Assembly (NCBI GenBank): GCA_963770895.1
Contig: CAVYRF010000002.1
Coordinates: 64,001-128,000 of the forward strand
Source: an uncultured Acidobacteriota bacterium
Lineage (GTDB): Bacteria > Acidobacteriota > Thermoanaerobaculia > Multivoradales > UBA5704
Direction: 5' to 3'
DNA length: 64,000 bases
Part shown: positions 1 to 9,890 of the stretch, in pieces
Layout of the letters: the number at the start of each line of letters is the position of its first letter
Position numbering within the stretch: the first letter of the stretch is position 1
Position numbers and translations under genes: made by a program
The notes under the pieces: generated by a model
What the model saw: only the letters and a program-made list of their open reading frames with translations
Told to the model about the DNA's origin: nothing
The model's database searches: none

Positions 1-82
1 TCCAGCGGTGCATCGTCTGGCAGGTGTCGGCCCAGTCGGCGTACACCAGCTGGGGCCACGCCTGGGCTTGCTCCGTGGGCAT
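1..82 (-). CDS. N-terminus of DUF5996-like protein (partial, runs off window)
   Basis: Manual translation MPTEQAQAWPQLVYADWADTCQTMHRW with upstream GGAGGAG RBS; resembles the WPxLxxxxWxDTxxTLHxW start of DUF5996 proteins. Confidence 0.55.
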   Translation of the reverse strand, partial: MPTEQAQAWPQLVYADWADTCQTMHRW

Positions 83-206
83 CGCGTTCTCCTCCGGCCG
101 GTCGCGTGCCCGCGGGCGCATGGGGGCGCACCCGCGGGCTTGGCGGCGGCGCGGTTCCGGGCCGCCGCCGCCAGCCGCCATCATAGCCTGGGGGCCGACG
201 CCAAAC

Positions 207-905
207 TCAGCGGGAGCCGCTGAGCGCCACCGGCGTGTCGCGATACATCTCGGGATAGACGTGCTTGAGGGCGGTGATCTTGGGCAGGTCGTTGACCACG
301 ATGTAGGGGTACGTGGGGTTGTGGATCAGGAAGTCCTGGTGGTAGCCCTCCGCCTCGTAGAAGCCTTTCATCGGCTCGATCTTGGTGACGATCGGCCCGC
401 TGAACACCTTGTCCTTGCCCAGCTGGTCGACGTAGGCGCGGGCGACGCGCTCCTGCGTCGGCGTGGTGAAGAAGATCTCGGAGCGGTAGCTGGTGCCGGA
501 GTCGGGACCCTGCCGGTTCAGCTCGGTCGGATCGTGGGCGACGGCAAAGTAGAGCCGCAGCAGCTGGCCGTAAGAGATCTTCTTGGGGTCGAAGGTGATC
601 TCCACCGACTCGGCGTGGCCGGTCGTCTCGGTGCCGACCATCTCGTAGTGCGCCGTCGCCTTGCTGCCGCCCGCATAGCCGGCGACGACCTTGGTGACGC
701 CCTGCACGTGCTCGAACATGCCCTGCAGACCCCAGAAGCAGCCGCCGGCGAGCACCGCCGTCTGCGGACCGGTCGCCTCGGCGGCGGGGGTATCCATCGC
801 CGGCGGCGGAATCACTTTGTTGATGGCGTCGGCCCGCATCTGGCAGGCGGCGCCGCAGATCGCGATCGCCAGGATCGCGGCGACGGATCGGAAGTTGGCT
901 TGCAT
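207..905 (-). CDS. msrA: Peptide methionine sulfoxide reductase MsrA with N-terminal export signal
   Basis: GGCFWG active site, TGHAESV, HDPT, AEGYHQDF motifs; start placed at MQANFRS after GGAG. Confidence 0.95.
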   Translation of the reverse strand: MQANFRSVAAILAIAICGAACQMRADAINKVIPPPAMDTPAAEATGPQTAVLAGGCFWGLQGMFEHVQGVTKVVAGYAGGSKATAHYEMVGTETTGHAESVEITFDPKKISYGQLLRLYFAVAHDPTELNRQGPDSGTSYRSEIFFTTPTQERVARAYVDQLGKDKVFSGPIVTKIEPMKGFYEAEGYHQDFLIHNPTYPYIVVNDLPKITALKHVYPEMYRDTPVALSGSR

Positions 906-1120
906 CGTGGTCTCCCTTCGCGGTGAGGGTAGGAGCGCGGTCGCGCCCACCACTTCCTTTTACGGGTCAGCGCCAGCGGCGGATTCGCGCCCGGCCCTGG
1001 GGTCGAGCCCGACGCGGCGATTTGACACCGCGGGAGGGGTGCCGTATGGTTCAAAGCCGCTTGCACCAGCTGTCTTTCGACCAACTTTCACTCCGGGACG
1101 TGTCCCGGAAGGACAGGCAC

Positions 1121-2383
1121 ATGAGCGACGATCAGGCGGAGGATCGGGTATCGCGGCGTGGGTTCCTGGGGATGGGGTCGGCGGCGCTGGCCGCGGCGGG
1201 CATGCTGTCGGCGGCGCAGGCCGCGGCCCAGGAGGAGGGGCCCAAGCCCTACCCGGTGCGCGGCGACCGCAGCTCCAGCGCTCCCGGTCCGTCCAACACG
1301 GAGATCGACGCGCAAAACCCTGATTCCTTCCTGCCGCCGCAGACCGACGCCGGCGGCGTCCAGACGTTCAAATATCCTTTCGGGATCTCGCACAAGAGGA
1401 TGCAGGTGGGCGGCTGGTCGCGCGAGGTCACGGTGCGCGAGCTGCCGGTCTCCAAGTCCATCGCCGGCGTCGACATGCGCCTGACCGCCGGCGGCGTGCG
1501 CGAGCTGCACTGGCACACCGCGGCCGAATGGGCCTTCATGCTGTACGGCACGGCGCGCATCACGGCGATCGACCTGGAAGGCAAGAGCTTCGTCGCCGAC
1601 GTGGGAGAAGGCGACCTGTGGTATTTCCCGCCCGGCATCCCGCATTCGATCCAGGGTCTCAATCCGGACGGCGCGGAGTTTCTCCTGGTGTTCGACGACG
1701 GCAACTTCTCGGAATATGAGACGGTGCTGCTCACCGACTGGATGGCGCACACGCCGCACGACGTGCTGGCGCACAACTTCGGCGTCAGCGAGCAGGCGAT
1801 CGCCAAGATGGTGCGCAAGGAAAAGTTCATCTTCCAGGCCGAGGTGCCCGGTCCGCTGGCCCAGGACCAGAAGGTCGCCGCCGGCGCGCTCGGCCCGTCG
1901 CCGCTGGACTTCGCGTTTCGCACCACCCAGCAGGCGATGGTGAAGCGCAGCCGCGGCGGCGAGGTGCGGATCATCGACGCGCGCCATTTCAAGGTTTCGA
2001 CGACTATCGCCGCGGCGGTGGTCACCGTGCATCCCGGCGGCATCCGCGAGCTGCATTGGCATCCCAATGCCGACGAATGGATGTACTTCATCGCCGGCGC
2101 CGGCAGGATGACGGTCTTCGCCACCGGCGGCCGCGCGCGCACCATGGATTTCCAGGCCGGCGACGTCGGCTACATCCAGAAGACGCTGCCGCACTACGTG
2201 CAGAACACCGGCAGCACCGATCTCAAGTTCCTGGAGATGTTCAAGGCCAGCTCCTACCAGGACCTGGCGCTCTCCGAATGGCTGACCCACACCCCGCCCG
2301 AGCTGGTGCTGGCCCACCTCGGCATCGACAAGGAGACGCTGAACGCGATGCCCAAGGACGAGCCGGTGGTGATGCCCAGGTAG
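1121..2383 (+). CDS. oxdC: Oxalate decarboxylase-family bicupin with Tat signal
   Basis: Two RELHWH cupin motifs, GGWSREVT, FDDGNFSE lid region; N-terminal SRRGFL twin-arginine motif. Confidence 0.9.
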   Translation: MSDDQAEDRVSRRGFLGMGSAALAAAGMLSAAQAAAQEEGPKPYPVRGDRSSSAPGPSNTEIDAQNPDSFLPPQTDAGGVQTFKYPFGISHKRMQVGGWSREVTVRELPVSKSIAGVDMRLTAGGVRELHWHTAAEWAFMLYGTARITAIDLEGKSFVADVGEGDLWYFPPGIPHSIQGLNPDGAEFLLVFDDGNFSEYETVLLTDWMAHTPHDVLAHNFGVSEQAIAKMVRKEKFIFQAEVPGPLAQDQKVAAGALGPSPLDFAFRTTQQAMVKRSRGGEVRIIDARHFKVSTTIAAAVVTVHPGGIRELHWHPNADEWMYFIAGAGRMTVFATGGRARTMDFQAGDVGYIQKTLPHYVQNTGSTDLKFLEMFKASSYQDLALSEWLTHTPPELVLAHLGIDKETLNAMPKDEPVVMPR

Positions 2384-2416
2384 CCCTGCTTCCTCCTGGC
2401 GGCGGGCGGAGCGGCG

Positions 2417-4765
2417 CTACCGCGCGCGATCCCAGCGCCGCAGCAGCAGCGGAAAAAGCGCCAGCGTACAGGCGTACGACACCAGCATCGCCAGCGCCAG
2501 CAGCAGGCCCAGGCTGGCGCTGGGCTTGATCGCCGAAAAGCCCAGGACGGCGATCCCCAGCGACAGCACCACGGCGTTCCAGCGCAAGCCGCGGCCGGTG
2601 GTCCCGAGCGTCGCGGCGACGGCCGCCGCGTGCGCCAGGCCGGCGCGGCGCTCGCGGCGGTAGGCAAAGGCGTACTGCACGGCGAAGTCGACGCCGGCGC
2701 CCAGGTTGAGCGCCGCAAACATGCTGGTGGCGATGCCCAGCGGCACGCCGGCGGCGCCCAGGCCGCCGAACAGCAGCAGCGTCGCGGCGACGACCGGCGC
2801 CAGCACCACCGCGGTCCGGCGGGCGCTGCGCAGGGCGGCCAGCAGCATCGCCGCGATCAGCAGCGCGGTCCAGGCGATCGAGCGCAGCTGGTTGGCGACG
2901 ATCGCCCCCACCACCGCCAGCGCTTCCGGCACCTCGCCCGAAGCGTGCACGTCGACCGGCCGGCCCGCCGCCAGGAGCGGCTGCTCGGCGGCGAAGGCGG
3001 CCGCCAGCCGCCGCGCCTTGCCGTAGTCGGCGTCCTTGACCAGCAGGCGGACGCGCAGCCGGCCGCCGTCGAGCGCCAGCAGCTCGCGCAAGCCCAGGCG
3101 GATACGCAGGATCTCGACCAGCATGCCGACGCGGCGCATCGCCGCCGCCGGCAGCGCCGCGAGCGGCGGCGGCAGATCCAGCACCCTGGCGCCGCCGACA
3201 AAAGCCGGCAGGATGCTGACCACACCGCCGACGTGCGGCGCCCGCTCGGCCCAGGCATCCACCTGCGCCAGCAGGGCCGCCCCCGCCGGCGTCCAGAAGT
3301 AACCCGCCGGCCCGCTGCACACGACGTCGAACCGGTAGCTGCCCCAGAATTCCGCGTCGAACGTCCGCGCCGCCGTCACCAGCGGCGCCCGCGGATCGAA
3401 GTTGTCGATCCAGGAATCCTCGACCCGCAAGCGCAGGACCCCCGGCACCGCCAACACCAGGAGCCCCAACGTGACCAGCGCCACCGCCCGCGGCCGCCGC
3501 ACCGTCAGCCGCTCGAAACCCGCCAGCTCGCCCTCCCCCGCCGCCGCTCCCGCCGCGCCGCGCCGCCGTTCCAACCAACGCGGCGGCAGCGTCACCACCA
3601 GCGCCGGCGCCAGCGTGAAGGTGAACAGCATCCCCAGCAGCAGGCCGATGCCGGTGAACAGCCCCAGGTGGCGCACCGGCGCCATGCCGGCATCCAGGAA
3701 CGACAAGAATCCCGCCGCCGTCGCCAGCGAGATCAGCACCAGAGGCGTAGCCAGGTCCACGAATGTCAGATCCGCCGCCCGCCGCACTCGCTCGCGCGCC
3801 GCTGCCGCGGGCGACCCCGCGGCCGCCTGCGCGCCGTCGGCACCGCCAGGCGCGCCGGCGTTGGAGGCGGCGAGGTGATCGCGCAGGCGCTCCAGCAGGT
3901 AGATCTCGTCGGTCATCGCCATCGCCATCAGCAGCACCGGCAGCACGGTGGTGACCAACGTGACCGGCACGCCCGCCCAGCCCATCAGCCCCAGCGTCCA
4001 GACCAGGGTCGCCACCACCTGCGCCAGCGGGATGAGCACGCCGCCGGCGGTGCGCAGGGTCAGCGCCAGCAGCAGCGCCACCGCCGCCATCATCAGCGGC
4101 ACCAGGCGCGCCAGGTCGGCCAGCACGGCATCGCCCAGGTCGGCCTCGGCGGCGACCGGCCCGGTCAGCCGCAGGCGGAACGGTGCCGCGCGCCGCGGCG
4201 TCAGGTATCGCCGCAGGTCGGCCAGCAGCTCGCCGCGCCCCACCCGCCGGCCCACCGGCAGGTAGAACGCCGCCGCCGTGCCGTCCGCGGACAGGTACAG
4301 CCCGCTCGCCATCGGCTCCCGCCGCAGGCGCGCCAGCACGTCGTCAAACGGGGCTTCGCCGCGGCTCCACTCCTCGAAGAACGTATGGATCAGAAGCGGC
4401 CGCAGCACCCGCGGCGGATCGAGAAACGTCACGATCGAGCGCACGCCGCCCGGCTCGACGCCTGGGAAGCGCCCCAGCGCCGCTTGCAGCCGGCTGAGAA
4501 AGGCGAAGCCCTGCGGCGTGTCGAGGCGCGGGCCGCCCGGCCGCGCCGTCGCCAGCAGCAGGATCAGGTCGGGATCGTGGAAGGCCTCCCGGTCGCCCTG
4601 CGTCCGCTGCACCACCGGGTCGCCCTGGGGATGGATGGCGGCGCCGTCGGTCCACAGCTCCAGCCGAAACAGCCCCTTTGCCGCCACCGCGGTGCCCACC
4701 GCCAGCAGCGCCAGGATCAGCAGCGGGCGGGCCAGGGCGGCGCGAGCCAGGGGCAGCAGCAGCAT
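2417..4765 (-). CDS. MMPL/RND-family membrane transporter
   Basis: 782 aa with duplicated TM/periplasmic architecture; AMTDEIY and GAGVDFAVQY motifs. Confidence 0.8.
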   Translation of the reverse strand: MLLLPLARAALARPLLILALLAVGTAVAAKGLFRLELWTDGAAIHPQGDPVVQRTQGDREAFHDPDLILLLATARPGGPRLDTPQGFAFLSRLQAALGRFPGVEPGGVRSIVTFLDPPRVLRPLLIHTFFEEWSRGEAPFDDVLARLRREPMASGLYLSADGTAAAFYLPVGRRVGRGELLADLRRYLTPRRAAPFRLRLTGPVAAEADLGDAVLADLARLVPLMMAAVALLLALTLRTAGGVLIPLAQVVATLVWTLGLMGWAGVPVTLVTTVLPVLLMAMAMTDEIYLLERLRDHLAASNAGAPGGADGAQAAAGSPAAAARERVRRAADLTFVDLATPLVLISLATAAGFLSFLDAGMAPVRHLGLFTGIGLLLGMLFTFTLAPALVVTLPPRWLERRRGAAGAAAGEGELAGFERLTVRRPRAVALVTLGLLVLAVPGVLRLRVEDSWIDNFDPRAPLVTAARTFDAEFWGSYRFDVVCSGPAGYFWTPAGAALLAQVDAWAERAPHVGGVVSILPAFVGGARVLDLPPPLAALPAAAMRRVGMLVEILRIRLGLRELLALDGGRLRVRLLVKDADYGKARRLAAAFAAEQPLLAAGRPVDVHASGEVPEALAVVGAIVANQLRSIAWTALLIAAMLLAALRSARRTAVVLAPVVAATLLLFGGLGAAGVPLGIATSMFAALNLGAGVDFAVQYAFAYRRERRAGLAHAAAVAATLGTTGRGLRWNAVVLSLGIAVLGFSAIKPSASLGLLLALAMLVSYACTLALFPLLLRRWDRAR

Positions 4766-4768
4766 GCG

Positions 4769-4933
4769 CTAGTGCCCCGCGCGGTTCATTCGCATGGTAG
4801 TCGCGCCGCAATCCGGTCCTCTGGCAAGGCACGCCGACGCAGGCATAGTTGAACTTATGTCGAGGAGGCGTAACGTCGCCAGGGGGCCGGAGGGCAAGCG
4901 AATGCCATGCGAATGAACCGTGCGGGGCACTAG
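4769..4933. mobile_element. 165-bp palindromic MITE/REP-like element bounded by CTAG
   Basis: 36-bp terminal inverted repeats (4769-4804 and 4898-4933, 3 mismatches), further internal inverted segments, CTAG at both ends. Confidence 0.7.
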
Positions 4934-5373
4934 AGCAGGGTCTCCGGGACGGCGTACGGCCGCAGCGCCGCGCGCAAGGATTCCGGCAGCGGCGTCGGCA
5001 CGCTGGCGCCGCCGTCGCCCTCGCGGCGCATGAAGGCGATCTGCTGCTCGCCGCGCGCCACCAGCTCTTCGCCGGCAGCCGCCTGCCGCCAGTATTCGAA
5101 GCCCAGGGTGACGCGGTTTTGCGCCACCGCCGCCAGGCGCATGCGGATGACCACCTGGTCGCTGGCCTGGAGCTCGGCCAGGTAGTCGCAGGAGCAGCGC
5201 ACGGTGGCCAGCGACAGACCGCGGCCGATCTCGGCGATCACCTGCGGCGCGTGGTCGGCCAGAAACGCCTCCCGGCACCGCCCCTGCCAGCGCAGGAAGT
5301 GGGCAAAGTACACCGTGCCGACCAGACTGGTCTCTTCGAACCCGACCCGATGACGATATTCGTAGTGCCGCAA
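4930..5373 (-). CDS. Hotdog-fold thioesterase, enediyne PKS thioesterase (CalE7/DynE7/SgcE10)-like
   Basis: YEYRHRVGFEETSLVGTVYFAHFLRWQGRCRE and LVARGEQQIAFMR motifs. Confidence 0.8.
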   Translation of the reverse strand: MRHYEYRHRVGFEETSLVGTVYFAHFLRWQGRCREAFLADHAPQVIAEIGRGLSLATVRCSCDYLAELQASDQVVIRMRLAAVAQNRVTLGFEYWRQAAAGEELVARGEQQIAFMRREGDGGASVPTPLPESLRAALRPYAVPETLL

Positions 5374-5467
5374 GTGCTCGCTCCCAGGGCAACCTTATCG
5401 CACGACCGCTGCCACCGCGGTCTCTCTCTGCGGTCTCTATCTAAGGTGCGCGCAGGCCCCGCTGGAG

Positions 5468-7597
5468 TTACGCCGCCGCGGGCGGCTCGACGCCGTGTTG
5501 GGCGAGCAGGGCCAGGAAGCCCGCTTCGTCGAGGATCGTCAGCCCCAGGGCGCGGGCCTTGTCGGCCTTGGAGCCGGCGTCCTCGCCGACCACCACGTAG
5601 TCGGTCGACTTGCTGACCGACCCGGTGGCGCGGCCGCCCAGCTCTTCGATCAAGGCCTGGGCGTCGGGGCGCGACAGGCGCTCCATGCTGCCGGTGAAGA
5701 CAAACTTGCGGCCCGCGAGCGGCAGGGCCGCCGCCGCATCCGCCGCGCCTGCTTCGCCGGCCTCGCCGCCGGCCGCCGCGGCGGCGGCCGGGCGAGGCGG
5801 CCCCTCCGCCAGGTGTACCTTTGCCAGCAGGGCGTCCAGGATCTCGCCGTTGCGCGGATCGCCAAAGAAAGCCACGATCTGCTCCGCCATGCGCGGGCCG
5901 ACCCCGGCCACCTCCTGGAGCGCCGCGTCGCCCGCGGCGCGCAGCGCGGCAAAGGCGCCGAAGTGCCGCGCCAGGTCGCGCGCCACCGCCGAGCCGACCT
6001 CGGGGATGCCCAGGCCGTACAGGAAGCGCGCCAGCTCGACGTGCGAGGCGCGCTCGATCGCCTCGACCAGCTTTTGCGCCGACTTGGCGGCGAACCCTTC
6101 CAGCGGCAGCAGCTGCTCGGCGCGCAGGCCGAAGATGTCGGGCAGCTGGCGCACCAGGCCCTGGGCGACGAACAGCTTGGCGCTCTCATCGCCCAGGCCC
6201 TCGATGTCCAGGGCGCCGCGCGAAGCGAAGTGGACCAGGCGGCCGGCCAGCTGCGCCGGACACAGAAAGGCGTTGGGGCAGACGGTGAACGGACCGCGCT
6301 CGACCAGCGGCGTGCCGCACGATGGACACGCTTCCGGCATGCGCCACTCCGGCGCACGCTCGCGCTCGGGCTCGTCGATCCGCTCCACCACCCGCGGGAT
6401 GACGTCGCCGGCGCGCTCGATGCGCACCCGGTCGCCCTCGCGCACGTCCTTGCGCGCCACCTCTTCGCGGTTGTGCAGCGTCGCCCGCGCCACCGTGACG
6501 CCGCCGATCTCGACCGGCAGCATGAGCGCCACCGGCGTCACCACGCCGGTGCGTCCCACCGACGGCAGGATCGACAGGATGCGCGTCACCTCCTTGCGCG
6601 GCGGGAACTTGAAGGCGAACGCCCAGCGCGGATGGCGGGCCGTCCAGCCGGCCGCGTCGCGCGCCTCCAGGTCGTCCAGCTTGATCACCACGCCGTCGAT
6701 TTCATAGCCGAGGTCGTCGCGCTGCGCCTCGATGTCGCGGTGGTAGGCCAGCACGTCGTCCAGGGTGGCGCCGCGACGCACCAGGTTGCTCACCCGCAGC
6801 CCCCAATCGGCCAGCGCTGCCAGCACCTCCCACTGCGTCGCGACCGGCTGCGGCTCATCGCCCCACGACAGCACGTCGTAGGCGTACAGGTCAAGCGGAC
6901 GCGAGGCGGTGATGCGCGCATCCAGCTGGCGCAGCGCGCCGGCAGCGGCGTTGCGCGGATTGGCGAACGGTTCCTTGCCGGCGGCCAGCAGCGATTCGTT
7001 CAGCTTGTCGAAGGCGACCGAGCTCATGATCACCTCGCCGCGCACGGCGAGCAGAGCGGGCCACGGCAGCCGCCCCTCGCGCAGGCGCAGCGGCACCGCC
7101 GGAATGGTGCGCACGTTCTGCGTCACGCCCTCGCCGTGGCGGCCGTCGCCGCGCGTCGCGGCGCGCACCAGCACGCCGTGCTCGTAGACCAGCTCGAGCG
7201 ACGCGCCGTCCAGCTTCGGCTCCAGGCAGTAGGCCACCGGCACGTCCGGCCGCCGCTCGGCGAGCACCCGCCGCAGCCGCTCGTCGAAGCGCCGCAACGC
7301 CTCCGCATCCTGGTCGGACTCCAGCGACAGCATCGGGGCGGTGTGCTCGATGGTCGGAAAGCTCCCCGCCGGCGTGCCGGCGACGCGCTGGGTGGGCGAA
7401 TCGGCGGTGAGCAGGGCGGGGAAGCGCTCTTCGAGCGCCACCAGCTCGCGGTACAAGGAGTCGTAGCGTTCGTCGGAGACTTCGGGCGCGTCGCGCACGT
7501 AGTACAGATAGTCGTGGTGGCGCACCTGGCGGCGCAGCTCCGCGACGCGCTCCGCCGCCTGCCGCTCCGGCGCCAAACCCGGCGTTGGGGAGGTCAT
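5468..7597 (-). CDS. ligA: NAD+-dependent DNA ligase
   Basis: EPKLDG adenylation motif, ANPRNAAAG, Zn-finger CPSC...CPN...C, C-terminal BRCT domain. Confidence 0.97.
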   Translation of the reverse strand: MTSPTPGLAPERQAAERVAELRRQVRHHDYLYYVRDAPEVSDERYDSLYRELVALEERFPALLTADSPTQRVAGTPAGSFPTIEHTAPMLSLESDQDAEALRRFDERLRRVLAERRPDVPVAYCLEPKLDGASLELVYEHGVLVRAATRGDGRHGEGVTQNVRTIPAVPLRLREGRLPWPALLAVRGEVIMSSVAFDKLNESLLAAGKEPFANPRNAAAGALRQLDARITASRPLDLYAYDVLSWGDEPQPVATQWEVLAALADWGLRVSNLVRRGATLDDVLAYHRDIEAQRDDLGYEIDGVVIKLDDLEARDAAGWTARHPRWAFAFKFPPRKEVTRILSILPSVGRTGVVTPVALMLPVEIGGVTVARATLHNREEVARKDVREGDRVRIERAGDVIPRVVERIDEPERERAPEWRMPEACPSCGTPLVERGPFTVCPNAFLCPAQLAGRLVHFASRGALDIEGLGDESAKLFVAQGLVRQLPDIFGLRAEQLLPLEGFAAKSAQKLVEAIERASHVELARFLYGLGIPEVGSAVARDLARHFGAFAALRAAGDAALQEVAGVGPRMAEQIVAFFGDPRNGEILDALLAKVHLAEGPPRPAAAAAAGGEAGEAGAADAAAALPLAGRKFVFTGSMERLSRPDAQALIEELGGRATGSVSKSTDYVVVGEDAGSKADKARALGLTILDEAGFLALLAQHGVEPPAAA

Positions 7598-7640
7598 GCG
7601 GCCAACTTTACCATCCGCATCGACCTGCTATCCTGGGGCG

Positions 7641-8582
7641 GTGAGGGACCTCGCGCGGGACGAGCTGTGGCGCCGGGGCGGCCTCAGCTGGGGGCAGCTG
7701 GCGACGCGGGTGTGGCGGCAGTTCTGGGCCAACCAGATGCCGGGGCGTTGCGCGGAACTTGCCTATTACTTCCTGTTCGCCGTCTTTCCGCTGCTGCTCT
7801 TTCTGAGCACCATGCTCAGCTACACGACCACCGCCAATTCGCACCTGCGCAAGCTCCTGTTCGCCTACGTGGCGCGCGTGGCGCCCAGCGCCGACGTCAC
7901 GACGCTGCTGCACAACACCCTGGACCAGATCACCCGCGAACGGCGCGGCGGCCAGCTGTCGCTGTCGCTCATCGCCACCGTGTGGGTGGCCTCCAACGCC
8001 ATCGTCGCCGTGGTGCGCACCCTCAACACCGCCTGCGGCCTCCAGGAGACGCGGCCGTGGTGGCACCGGAGGCTGATCGCCATCGCGCTCACGCTCGGCT
8101 TTGCCGTGCTGATCGTTTCGGCCCTGATGCTGCTGCTCTACGGTCACGAGATCGGCGAAACCCTTGCCGACCAGTTCGGCATGGGAGTGGCCTTCTTCAC
8201 CGCCTGGCACCTGCTGCACTGGCCGCTGGTCCTGGGCTTCGCCCTGCTGTCGTTCGAAGCCATTTACAACTACGCGCCCTGTCGCGAAGCCGGCGCGCCG
8301 CGTCCCTGGGGGACCCCCGGCGCCGTCGTCGGCGTCCTCCTGTGGGTGGGAGCCTCGCTGGGCCTGCGCCTCTACCTGGGCAACGTCCAGTCCTACGCCG
8401 CCAGCACCTACGGCTCGCTCGGCGCGGTGATCGTCCTGCTGCTCTGGTTCTACCTGACCGCGCTCGCCCTGGTGGTCGGCGGCGACGTCAACGCCGAGAT
8501 CTCCCGCCACCCCTCGCCGGCAAGCCGCCGCCGCGCCGCCGGCCGGACCTGGCCGCCGCGCCGCCGCGCCGCCCGCCGCTGA
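7641..8582 (+). CDS. YihY/BrkB-family inner membrane protein
   Basis: ELAYYFLFAVFPLL and YGSLGAVIVLLLWFY motifs; GTG start chosen. Confidence 0.88.
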   Translation: MRDLARDELWRRGGLSWGQLATRVWRQFWANQMPGRCAELAYYFLFAVFPLLLFLSTMLSYTTTANSHLRKLLFAYVARVAPSADVTTLLHNTLDQITRERRGGQLSLSLIATVWVASNAIVAVVRTLNTACGLQETRPWWHRRLIAIALTLGFAVLIVSALMLLLYGHEIGETLADQFGMGVAFFTAWHLLHWPLVLGFALLSFEAIYNYAPCREAGAPRPWGTPGAVVGVLLWVGASLGLRLYLGNVQSYAASTYGSLGAVIVLLLWFYLTALALVVGGDVNAEISRHPSPASRRRAAGRTWPPRRRAARR

Positions 8583-8657
8583 GCGGCGCGCCAGCCGCGG
8601 GAGCGGGCGTGGGAAGCGCCGCTCACCGGCACTGGCGGCGGTCGCGGCGGTCGACGT

Positions 8658-9794
8658 TCAGCCGCGGCGCGAATCCGGCTGCTGCGTCTCGCCGCCGGCG
8701 GCGGCGCGGGCGAGCTTGCCCAGCCGCTCCAGCTCCTGCGGTTCGCTGTCCTTCACCTCGGGCCACTCCACGGTGCGCTTGGCCATCGCGGCGGCCAGGC
8801 GCTCCCACAGCTCGCGGTTCATCACCGCGCCGCCCTCCTTGGTCTTCCAGCCGCGCTGGCGCCATCCCGGCAGCCACCGGCTGGCGCCGTGCCGCAGGTA
8901 GTCCGACCCGGTGTGCACGGCAACGTGCGCGCCAGCCGGCAACGATTCCAGCACCGCCGCCGCGGCCAGCAGATCCACCGCGTTGGCGGACACCGTAACG
9001 CCGGCCGGCAGGCTGCCGCTCACCACGCGCTCTTCGCCCTGCGGCGCCGCGACCGCCGCACCACCTGCCGCATCACCGCCAGCGCCGCCGGCCTCGCCGG
9101 TAACAGCACCCGGTCCATCGCCGGCGGCGCCGCTAGCGGCGCCGCCCGCAACACCACCAACATTTGCCGGCTGGCGCCGCCGCACCAGCGCCGCCCAGCC
9201 GGCGCCCTGGCGCGAGCGCGAGATCCGCAGAAAGACGTCGACGTCCGGCGGCGGCGCCGGTGGCGCGGCGCCGGGGCCGGTACCGGTACCGGCCCCGGCG
9301 GCGCGTTCCAGCCGCAGGGCGGCGCGCTGTTCGACGATGGCGGCCGACGCCAGCTGGTCGGCGCGCTCGTTGCGCGCGTGCCCGGCGTGGCCTTTGATCC
9401 AGTGCCAGGTCACCTCGTGGCGCGCCGTCACCGCCGCCAGGCGCCGCCACAGGTCCTCGTTTTGCAGCTCGCCCGTCTTGCGCCGCCAGCCGCGCGCGAT
9501 CCACCCCGGCAGCCACTCCGTGACGCCCCGCCGCAGATACTGCGAATCCGTGTAGAGCGCCACCCGGCAGCGCAGCTTGAGAGCATCCAGCGCCACCAGC
9601 GCCGCCGTCAGCTCCATGCGGTTGTTGGTGGTGCGCGGCTCGCCCCCCCGCATCTCCTCCGTCCGGCCGCTCGCCGGGTGTACCAGCACCACCCCCCACC
9701 CCCCCGGCCCCGGATTCGGGTCCGCCCCGCCATCGGTGTAGACCATCACCTCCGCCACCCGCGGCCCCTCCGACACGCCCACGCCGTCACCCAT
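8658..9794 (-). CDS. rnhA: Ribonuclease HI with a second, degenerate RNase H domain
   Basis: VYTDGG, TTNNRMEL, YTDSQY, IKGHAGHARNERAD motifs; C-terminal repeat HTGSDYL...WRQRGWKT...NRELW. Lies in the 3' part of the 971-aa track ORF. Confidence 0.9.
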   Translation of the reverse strand: MGDGVGVSEGPRVAEVMVYTDGGADPNPGPGGWGVVLVHPASGRTEEMRGGEPRTTNNRMELTAALVALDALKLRCRVALYTDSQYLRRGVTEWLPGWIARGWRRKTGELQNEDLWRRLAAVTARHEVTWHWIKGHAGHARNERADQLASAAIVEQRAALRLERAAGAGTGTGPGAAPPAPPPDVDVFLRISRSRQGAGWAALVRRRQPANVGGVAGGAASGAAGDGPGAVTGEAGGAGGDAAGGAAVAAPQGEERVVSGSLPAGVTVSANAVDLLAAAAVLESLPAGAHVAVHTGSDYLRHGASRWLPGWRQRGWKTKEGGAVMNRELWERLAAAMAKRTVEWPEVKDSEPQELERLGKLARAAAGGETQQPDSRRG

Positions 9795-9890
9795 GTTCTT
9801 CCTCCCTCCGCAATCCCATCCCTCAACCGGCCGTGCCATCCGACCGAACGCTCCTTGCAGAGCAAGGGAAAGTAGCCTATACCTGCGCCC

